The notes under the pieces were generated by a model. The model did not search any database and was not told where the DNA came from. It saw nothing but the letters and a program-made list of their open reading frames with translations. From Eledone cirrhosa (taxonomy: Eukaryota), in contig OZ024742.1 of assembly GCA_964016885.1 (NCBI GenBank), forward strand, positions 377,766,001-377,830,000: a DNA stretch of 64,000 nt, in the 5' to 3' direction. Every line of letters begins with the position of its first letter. Position 1 is the first letter of the stretch. Both the position numbers and the translations under genes were made by a program. Shown one piece after another: positions 1 through 11,100 of the stretch.

Positions 1-19
1 CACTTGTTAAACTATCTCT

Positions 20-50
20 ACAGAAGACTAGAACATATTTCTACTTCTGT
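20..50. other. Intra-monomer quasi-palindrome (potential hairpin/cruciform); first copy given, present in nearly every monomer
   Basis: ACAGAAG(20-26) is the reverse complement of CTTCTGT(44-50), and TAGAA(29-33) of TTCTA(39-43). AC(27-28) is a 2-nt bulge and CATAT(34-38) a 5-nt loop. The dyad symmetry is seen directly; actual extrusion is not demonstrated. Confidence 0.85.
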
Positions 51-1399
51 CACTTGTTAAACTATCTCTACAGAAGACTAGAACATATTTCTACTTCTGT
101 CACTTGTTAAACTATCTCTACAGACAACTAGAACATAGAACATATTTCTACTTCTGTCACTTGTTAAACTATCTCTACAGAAGACTAGAACATAATTCTA
201 CTTCTTTCACTTGTTAAACTATCTCTACAGAAGACTAGAACATATTTCTACTTCTGTCACTTGTTAAACTATCTCTACAGAAGACTAGAACATATTTCTA
301 CATCTGTCACTTGTTAAACTATCTCTACAGAAGACTAGAACGTAGAACATATTTCTACTTCTGTCACTTGTTAAACTATCTCTACAGAAGACTAAATCAT
401 ATTTCTACTTCTGTCACTTGTTAAACTATCTCTACAGAACACAAAACATAATTCTACTTCTTTCACCTGTTAAACTATCTCTACAGAAGACTAGAACATA
501 ATTCTACTTCTTTCACTAGTTAAACTATCTCTACAGAAGACTAGAACATAATTCTACTTCTGTCACTTGTTAAACTATCTCTACAGAAGACTAGAACATA
601 CTTCTACTTCTTTCACTTGTTAAACTATCTCTACAGAAGACTAGAACATAATTCTACTTCTGTCACTTGTTAAACTATCTCTACAGAAGACTAGAACATA
701 GAACATATTTCTACTTCTGTCACTTGTTAAACTATCTCTACAGAAGACTAAAACATATTTCTACTTCTGTCACTTGTTAAACTATCTCTACAGAAGACTA
801 GAACATAATTCTACTTCTTTCACTTGTTAAACTATCTCTACAGAAGACTAGAACATAATTCTACTTCTTTCACTTGTTAAACTATCTCTACAGAAGACTA
901 GAACATAATTCTACTTCTGTCACTTGTTAAACTATCTCTACAGAAGACTAGAACTAATTTCTACTTCTGTCAGTTGTTAAACTATCACTAAAGAAGACTT
1001 GAACATATTTCTGCTTCTGTCACTTGTTAAACTATCTCTACAGAAGACTAGAACATAGAACATATTTCTGCTTCTGTCACTTGTTAAACTATCTCTACAG
1101 AAGACTAGAACATACAACATATTTCTACTTCTGTCACTTGTTAATCTATCTCTACAGAAGACTAAAACATATTTCTACTTCTGTCACTTGTTAAACTATC
1201 TCTACAGAAGACTAGATCATAATTCTACTTCTTTCACTTGTTAAACTATCTCTACAGAAGACTAGAACATATTTCTACTTCTGTCACTTGTTAAACTATC
1301 TCTACAGAAGACTAGAACATATTTCTACTTCTGTCACTTGTTAAACTATCTCTACAGAAGACTATAACGTAGAACATATTTCTACTTCTGTCACTTGTT

Positions 1400-4300
1400 A
1401 AACTATCTCTACAGAAGACTAAATCATATTTCTACTTCTGTCACTTGTAAAACTATCTCTACAGAAGACAAAACATAATTCTACTTCTTTCACTTGTTAA
1501 ACTATCTCTACAGAAGACTAGAACATAATTCTACTTCTGTCACTTGTTAAACTATCTCTACAGAAGACTAGAACATAATTCTACTTCTTTCACTTGTTAA
1601 ACTATCTCTACAGAAGACTAGAACATAATTCTACTTCTTTCACTTGTTAAACTATCTCTACAGAAGACTAGAACATAATTCTACTTCTGTCACTTGTTAA
1701 ACTATCTCTACAGAAGACTAGAACATAGAACATATTTCTACTTCTGTCACTGGTTAAACTATCTCTACAGAAGACTAAAACATATTTCTACTTCTGTCAC
1801 TTGTTAAACTATCTCTACAGAAGACTAGAACAGAATTCTACTTCTTTCACTTGTTAAACTATCTCTACAGAAGACTAGAACATAATTCTACTTCTTACAC
1901 TTGTTAAACTATCTCTACAGAAGACTAGAACATTATTCTACTTCTTTCACTTGTTAAACTATCTCTACAGAAGACTCGAACATAATTCTACTTCTGTCAC
2001 TTGTTAAACTATCTCTACAGAAGACTAGAACATAATTCTACTTCTGTCACTTGTTAAACTATCTCTACGGAAGACTAGAACTAATTTCTACTTCTGTCAG
2101 TTGTTAAACTATCACTAAAGAAGACTTGAACATATTTCTACTTCTGTCACTTGTTAAACTATCTCTACAGAAGACTAGAACATAGAATATACTTCTGCTT
2201 CTGTCACTTGTTAAAGTATCTCTACAGAAGACTAGAACATATTACTACTTCTGTCACTTGTTAAACTATCTCTACAGAAGACTAGAACATATTTCTACTA
2301 CTGTCCCTTGTTAAACTCTCTCTACAGAAGACTAGAACATATTTCTACTACTGTCCCTTGTTAAACTATCTCTACAGAAGACTAGAACATATTTCTACTT
2401 CTGTCACTTGTTAAACTATCTCTACAGAAGACTAGAACGTAGAACATATTTCTACTTCTGTCACTTGTTAAACTATCTCTACAGAAGACTAAATCATATT
2501 TCTACTTCTGTCACTTGTTAAACTATCTCTACAGAAGACAAAACATAATTCTACTTCTTTCACTTGTTAAACTATCTCTACAGAAGACTAGAACATAATT
2601 ATACTTCTGTCACTTGTTAAACTATCTCTACAGAAGTCTAGAACATAATTCTACTTCTTTCACTTGTTAAACTATCTCTACAGAAGACTAGAACATAATT
2701 CTACTTCTGTCACTTGTTAAACTATCTCTACAGAAGACTAGAACATAGAACATATTTCTACTTCTGTCACTTGTTAAACTATCTCTACAGAAGACTAGAA
2801 CATAATTCTACTTCTTTCACTTGTTAAACTATCTCTACAGAAGACTAGAACATAATTCTACTTCTTTCACTTGTTAAACTATCTCTACAGAAGACTAGAA
2901 CATTATTCTACTTCTTTCACTTGTTAAACTATCTCTACAGAAGACGAGAACTAATTTCTACTTCTGTCAGTTGTTAAACTATCACTAAAGAAGACTTGAA
3001 CATATTTCTACTTCTGTCACTTGTTAAACTATCTCTACAGAAGACTAGAACATAGAACATATTTCTACTTCTGTCACTTGTTAAACTATCTCTACAGAAG
3101 TCTAAAACATATTTCTACTTCTGTCACTTGTTAAACTATCTCTACAGAAGACTAGAACATAATTCTACTTCTTTCACTTGTTAAATTATCTCTACAGAAG
3201 ACTAGAACATATTTCTACTTCTGTCACTTGTTAAACTATCTCTACAGAAGACTAAATCATATTTCTACTTCTGTCACTTGTAAAACTATCTCTACAGAAG
3301 ACAAAACATAATTCTACTTCTTTCACTTGTTAAACTATCTCTACAGAAGACTAGAACATAATTCTACTTCTGTCACTTGTTAAACTATCTCTACAGAAGA
3401 CTAGAACATAATTCTACTTCTTTCACTTGTTAAACTATCTCTACAGAAGACTAGAACATAATTCTACTTCTTTCACTTGTTAAACTATCTCTACAGAAGA
3501 CTAGAACATAATTCTACTTCTGTCACTTGTTAAACTATCTCTACAGAAGACTAGAACATAGAACATATTTCTACTTCTGTCACTGGTTAAACTATCTCTA
3601 CAGAAGACTAAAACATATTTCTACTTCTGTCACTTGTTAAACTATCTCTACAGAAGACTAGAACATAATTCTACTTCTTTCACTTGTTAAACTATCTCTA
3701 CAGAAGACTAGAACATAATTCTACTTCTTACACTTGTTAAACTATCTCTACAGAAGACTAGAACATTATTCTACTTCTTTCACTTGTTAAACTATCTCTA
3801 CAGAAGACTCGAACATAATTCTACTTCTGTCACTTGTTAAACTATCTCTACAGAAGACTAGAACATAATTCTACTTCTGTCACTTGTTAAACTATCTCTA
3901 CGGAAGACTAGAACTAATTTCTACTTCTGTCAGTTGTTAAACTATCACTAAAGAAGACTTGAACATATTTCTACTTCTGTCACTTGTTAAACTATCTCTA
4001 CAGAAGACTAGAACATAGAATATACTTCTGCTTCTGTCACTTGTTAAAGTATCTCTACAGAAGACTAGAACATATTACTACTTCTGTCAATTGTTAAACT
4101 ATCTCTACAGAAGACTAGAACATATTTCTACTACTGTCCCTTGTTAAACTCTCTCTACAGAAGACTAGAACATATTTCTACTACTGTCCCTTGTTAAACT
4201 ATCTCTACAGAAGACTAGAACATATTTCTACTTCTGTCACTTGTTAAACTATCTCTACAGAAGACTAGAACGTAGAACATATTTCTACTTCTGTCACTTG

Positions 4301-5120
4301 TTAAACTATCTCTACAGAAGACTAAATCATATTTCTACTTCTGTCACTTGTTAAACTATGTCTACAGAAGACAAAACATAATTCTATTTCTTTCACTTGT
4401 TAAACTATCTCTACAGAAGACTAGAACATAATTCTACTTCTGTCACTTGTTAAACTATCTCTACAGAAGTCTAGAACATAATTCTACTTCTTTCACTTGT
4501 TAAACTATCTCTACAGAAGACTAGAACATAATTCTACTTCTGTCCCTTGTTAAACTATCTCTACAGAAGACTAGAACATAGAACATATTTCTACTTCTGT
4601 CACTTGTTAAACTATCTCTACAGAAGACTAAAACATATTTCTACTTCTGTCACTTGTTAAACTATCTCTACAGAAGACTAGAACATAATTCTACTTCTTT
4701 CACTTGTTAAACTATCTCTACAGAAGACTAGAACATAATTCTACTTCTTTCACTTGTTAAACTATCTCTACAGAAGACTAGAACATTATTCTACTTCTTT
4801 CACTTGTTAAACTATCTCTACAGAAGACTAGAACTAATTTCTACTTCTGTCAGTTGTTAAACTATCACTAAAGAAGACTTGAACATATTTCTACTTCTGT
4901 CACTTGTTAAACTATCTCTACAGAAGACTAGAACATAGAACATATTTCTACTTCTGTCACTTGTTAAACTATCTCTACAGAAGACTAAAACATATTTCTA
5001 CTTCTGTCACTTGTTAAACTATCTCTACAGAAGACTAGAACATAATTCTACTTCTTTCACTTGTTAAATTATCTCTACAGAAGACTAGAACATATTTCTA
5101 CTTCTGTCAGTTGTTAAACT
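1400..5120. repeat. Tandem duplication of a ~1.83-1.88 kb (about 36-37 monomer) block
   Basis: Rare variants recur at +1833: ttgtAaa 1449/3282, cactGg 1752/3585, cttA 1897/3730, gactCg 1977/3810, tacGg 2069/3902, aagTcta 2637/4470. After a one-monomer indel the offset is +1883 (2968/4851; aaaTtat 3186/5069). Confidence 0.9.
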
Positions 5121-8100
5121 ATCTCTACAGAAGACTAGAACATATTTCTACTTCTGTCACTTGTTAAACTATCTCTACAGAAGACTAGAACGTAGAACAT
5201 ATTTCTACTTCTGTCACTTGTTAAACTATCTCTACAGAAGACTAAATCATATTTCTACTTCTGTCACTTGTTAAACTATCTCTACAGAAGACAAAACATA
5301 ATTCTACTTCTTTCACTTGTTAAACTATCTCTAAAGAAGACTAGAACATAATTCTACTTCTTTCACTTGTTAAACTATCTCTACAGAAGACTAGAACATA
5401 ATTCTACTTCTGTCACTTGTTAAGCTATCTCTACAGAAGACTAGAATATAATTCTACTTCTTTCACTTGTTAAACAATCTCTACAGAAGACTAGAACATA
5501 ATTCTACTTCTTTCACTTGTTAAACTATCTCTACAGAAGACTAGAACATAATTCTACTTCTTTCACTTGTTAAACTATCTCTACAGAAGACTAGAACATA
5601 ATTCTACTTCTGTCACTTGTTAAACTATCTCTACAGAAGACTAGAACATAGAACATATTTCTACTTCTGTCACTTGTTAAACTATCTCTACAGAAGACTA
5701 GAACATAATTCTACTTCTGTCACTTGTTAAACTATCTCTACAGAAGACTAGAACTAATTTCTACTTCTGTCAGTTGTTAAACTATCACTAAAGAAGACTT
5801 GAACATATTTCTACTTCTGTCACTTGTTAAACTATCTCTACAGAAGACTAGAACATGGAACATATTTCTCCTTCTGCCACTTGTTAAACTATCTCTACAG
5901 AAGACTACGACATATTTCTACATCTTTCACTTGTTAAACTATCTCTGCAGAAGACTAGAACATATTTCTACTACTGTCCCTTGTTAAACTCTCTCTACAG
6001 AAGACTAGAACATATGTCTACTACTGTCCCTTGTTAAACTATCTCTACAGAAGACTAGAACATATTTCTACTTCTGTCACTTGTTAAACTATCTCTACAG
6101 AAGACTAAATCATATTTCTACTTCTGTCACTTGTTAAACTATCTCTACAGAAGACAAAACATAATTCTACTTCTTTCACTTGTTAAACTATCTCTACAGA
6201 AGACTAGAACATAATTCTACTTCTTTCACTTGTTAAACTATCTCTACAGAAGAATAGAACATAATTCTACTTCTGTCACTTGTTAAACTATCTCTACAGA
6301 AGACTAGAACATAGAACATATTTCTACTTCTGTCACTTGTTAAACTATCTCTACAGAAGACTAAAACATATTTCTACTTCTGTCACTGGTTAAACTATCT
6401 CTACAGAAGACTAGAACATAATTCTACTTCTTTCACTTGTTAAACTCTCTCTACAGAAGACTAGAACATAATTCTACTTCTGTCACTTGTTAAACTATCT
6501 CTACAGAAGACTAGAACTAATTTCTACTTCTGTCAGTTGTTAAACTATCACTAAAGAAGACTTGAACATATTTCTTCTTCTGCCACTTGTTAAACTATCT
6601 CTACAGAAGACTAGAACATAGAACATATTTCTGCTTCTGTCACTTGTTAAACTATCTCTACAGAAGACTAGAACATAGAACATATTTCTACTTCTGTCAC
6701 TTGTTAAACTATCTCTACAGAAGACTAAAACATATTTCTACTTCTGTCACTTGTTAAACTATCTCTACAGAAGACTAGAACATAATTCTACTTCTGTCAC
6801 TTGTTAAACTATCTCTACAGAAGACTAGAACATATTTCTACTTCTGTCACTTGTTAAACTATCTCTACAGAAGACTAGAACGTAGAACATATTTCTACTT
6901 CTGTCACTTGTTAAACTATCTCTACAGAAGACTAAATCATATTTCTACTTCTGTCACTTGTTAAACTATCTCTACAGAAGACAAAACATAATTCTACTTC
7001 TTTCACTTGTTAAACTATCTCTACAGAAGACTAGAACATAATTCTACTTCTTTCACTTGTTAAACTATCTCTACAGAAGTCTAGAACATAATTCCACTAC
7101 TGTCACTTGTTAAACTATCTCTACAGAAGACTAGAACATAATTCTACTTCTTTCACTTGTTAAACTATCTCTGCAGAAGACTAGAACATAATTCTACTTC
7201 TTTCACTTGTTAAACTATCTCTACAGAAGACTAGAACATAGAACATATTTCTACTTGTGTCACTTGTTAAACTATCTCTACAGAAGACTAGAACATAGAA
7301 CATATTTCTACTTCTGTCACTTGTTAAACTATCTCTACAGAAGACTAAAACATATTTCTACTTCTGTCACATGTTAAACTATCTCTACAGAAGACTAGAA
7401 CATAATTCTACTTCTTTCACTTGTTAAACTATCTCTACAGAAGACTAGAACATAATTCTACTTCTTTCACTTGTAAAACTATCTCTACAGAAGACTAGAA
7501 CATAATTCTACTTCTGTCACTTGTTAAACTATCTCTACAGAAGACTAGAACATAATTCTACTTCTGTCACTTGTTAAACTATCTCTACAGAAGACTAGAA
7601 CTAATTTCTACTTCTGTCAGTTGTTAAACTATCACTAAAGAAGACTTGAACATATTTCTACTTCTGTCACTTGTTAAACTATCTCTACAGAAGACTAGAA
7701 CATAGAACATATTTCTGCTTCTGTCACTTGTTAAACTATCTCTACAGAAGACTACGACATATTTCTACATCCTTCACTTGTTAAACTATCTCTACAGAAG
7801 ACTAGAACATAATTCTACTTCTTTCACTTGTAAAACTATCTCTACAGAAGACTAGAACATAATTCTACTTCTGTCACTTGTTAAACTATCTCTACAGAAG
7901 ACTAGAACATAATTCTACTTCTGTCACTTGTTAAACTATCTCTACAGAAGACTAGAACTAATTTCTACTTCTGTCAGTTGTTAAACTATCACTAAAGAAG
8001 ACTTGAACATATTTCTACTTCTGTCACTTGTTAAACTATCTCTACAGAAGACTAGAACATAGAACATATTTCTGCTTCTGTCACTTGTTAAACTATCTCT

Positions 8101-11100
8101 ACAGAAGACTACGACATATTTCTACATCTGTCACTTGTTAAACTATCTCTACAGAAGACAAAACATAATTCTACTTCTTTCACTTGTTAAACTATCTCTA
8201 CAGAAGACTAGAACATAATTCTACTTCTTTCACTTGTTAAACTATCTCTACAGAAGAATAGAACATAATTCTACTTCTGTCACTTGTTAAACTATCTCTA
8301 CAGAAGACTAGAACATAGAACATATTTCTACTTCTGTCACTTGTTAAACTATCTCTACAGAAGACTAAAGCATATTTCTACTTCTGTCACTTGTTAAACT
8401 ATCTCTACAGAAGACTAGAACATAATTCTACTTCTTTCACTTGTTAAACTATCTCTACACAAGACTAGAACATAATTCTACTTCTGTCACTTGTTAAACT
8501 ATCTCTACAGAAGACTAGAACTAATTTCTACTTCTGTCAGTTGTTAAACTATCACTAAAGAAGACTTGAACATATTTCTTCTTCTGTCACTTGTTAAACT
8601 ATCTCTACAGAAGACTAGAACATAGAACATATTTCTGCTTCTGTCACTTGTTAAACTATCTCTACAGAAGACTAGAACATAGAACATATTTCTACTTCTG
8701 TCACTTGTTAAACTATCTCTACAGAAGACTAAAACATATTTCTACTTCTGTCACTTGTTAAACTATCTCTACAGAAGACTAGAACATAATTCTACTTCTG
8801 TCACTTGTTAAACTATCTCTACAGAAGACTAGAACATATTTCTACTTCTGTCACTTGTTAAACTATCTCTACAGAAGACTAGAACATATTTCTACTTCTG
8901 TCACTTGTTAAACTATCTCTACAGAAGACTAGAACGTAGAACATATTTCTACTTCTGTCACTTGTTAAACTATCTCTACAGAAGACTAAATCATATTTCT
9001 ACTTCTGTCACTTGTTAAACTATCTCTACAGAAGACAAAACATAATTCTACTTCTTTCACTTGTTAAACTATCTCTACAGAAGACTAGAACATAATTCTA
9101 CTTCTTTCACTTGTTAAACTATCTCTACAGAAGTCTAGAACATAATTCCACTACTGTCACTTGTTAAACTATCTCTACAGAAGACTAGAACATAATTCTA
9201 CTTCTTTCACTTGTTAAACTATCTCTACAGAAGACTAGAACATAATTCTACTTCTTTCACTTGTTAAACTATCTCTACACAAGACTAGAACATAGAACAT
9301 ATTTCTACTTGTGTCACTTGTTAAACTATCTCTACAGAAGACTAGAACATAGAACATATTTCTACTTCTGTCACTTGTTAAACTATCTCTACAGAAGACT
9401 AAAACATATTTCTACTTCTGTCACATGTTAAACTATCTCTACAGAAGACTAGAACATAATTCTACTTCTTTCACTTGTTAAACTATCTCTACAGAAGACT
9501 AGAACATAATTCTACTTCTTTCACTTGTAAAACTATCTCTACAGAAGACTAGAACATAATTCTACTTCTGTCACTTGTTAAACTATCTCTACAGAAGACT
9601 AGAACATAATTCTACTTCTGTCACTTGTTAAACTATCTCTACAGAAGACTAGAACTAATTTCTACATGTGTCAGTTGTTAAACTATCACTAAAGAAGACT
9701 TGAACATATTTCTACTTCTGTCAATTGTTAAACTATCTCTACAGAAGACTAGAACATAGAACATATTTCTGCTTCTGTCACTTGTTAAACTATCTCTACA
9801 GAAGACTACGACATATTTCTACATCTTTCACTTGTTAAACCATCTCTACAGAAGACTAGAACATATTTCTACTACTGTCCCTTGTTAAACTCTCTCTACA
9901 GAAGACTAGAACATATTTCTACTACTGTCCCTCGTTAAACTATCTCTACAGAAGACTAGAACATATTTCTACTTCTGTCACTTGTTAAACTATCCCTACA
10001 GAAGACTAAATCATATTTCTACTTCTGTCACTTGTTAAACTATCTCTACAGAAGACAAAACATAATTCTACTTCTTTCACTTGTTAAACTATCTCTACAG
10101 AAGACTAGAACATAATTCTACTTCTTTCACTTGTTAAACTATCTCTACAGAAGACTAGAACATAATTCTACTTCTGTCACTTGTTAAACTATCTCTACAG
10201 AAGACTAGAACTAATTTCTACTTCTGTCAGTTGTTAAACTATCACTAAAGAAGACTTGAACATATTTCTTCTTCTGTCACTTGTTAAACTATCTCTACAG
10301 AAGACTAGAACATAGAACATATTTCTGCTTCTGTCACTTGTTAAACTATCTCTACAGAAGACTAAATCATATTTCTACTTCTGTCACTTGTTAAACTATC
10401 TCTACAGAAGACAAAACATAATTCTACTTCTTTCACTTGTTAAACTATCTCTACAGAAGACTAGAACATAATTCTACTTCTTTCACTTGTTAAACTATCT
10501 CTACAGAAGAATAGAACATAATTCTACTTCTGTCACTTGTTAAACTATCTCTACAGAAGACTAGAACATAGAACATATTTCTAATTCTGTCACTTGTTAA
10601 ACTATCTCTACAGGAGACTAAAGCATATTTCTACTTCTGTCACTTGTTAAACTATCTCTACAGAAGACTAGAACATAATTCTACTTCTTTCACTTGTTAA
10701 ACTATCTCTACACAAGACTAGAACATAATTCTACTTCTGTCACTTGTTAAACTATCTCTACAGAAGACTAGAACTAATTTCTACTTCTGTCAGTTGTTAA
10801 ACTATCACTAAAGAAGACTTGAACATATTTCTTCTTCTGTCACTTGTTAAACTATCTCTACAGAAGACTAGAACATAGAACATATTTCTGCTTCTGTCAC
10901 TTGTTAAACTATCTCTACAGAAGACTAGAACATAGAACATATTTCTACTTCTGTCACTTGTTAAACTATCTCTACAGAAGACTAAAACATATTTCTACTT
11001 CTGTCACTTGTTAAACTATCTCTACAGAAGACTAGAAAATAATTCTACTTCTGTCACTTGTTAAACTATCTCTACAGAAGACTAGAGCATATTTCTACTT

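Noticed and set aside
7-31. TTAA (piggyBac target) and CTAG (Helitron-like 3' end) motifs in each monomer, suggesting a transposon array
   Set aside because: These 4-mers are expected by chance. CTAG lies inside the hairpin rather than downstream of it, and there are no terminal inverted repeats, target-site duplications or transposase remnants.
20-50. Hairpin as an intrinsic terminator, tRNA or other structured RNA gene
   Set aside because: The stem is AT-rich and bulged, lacks a following U-tract on either strand, has no cloverleaf, and has no upstream gene.
946-974. Resemblance to Cas12a (type V-A) direct repeats: TAATTTCTACT at 955-965 matches the 5' part of the crRNA handle, within GACTAGAACTAATTTCTACTTCTGTCAGT
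   Set aside because: The closing GTAGAT arm that pairs with TCTAC is missing, the exact match exists only in a minority variant, and there are no unique spacers, leader or cas genes. An 11-nt AT-rich match is best explained as coincidence.
5799-5987. 62-aa ORF from the supplied track
   Set aside because: It is translated satellite. It starts at a TTG inside a variant monomer and stays open only because local SNVs remove TAG stops (catGgaa, gactaCga). The 50-bp period rotates frames into TAA/TAG stops everywhere else, and there is no coding context.
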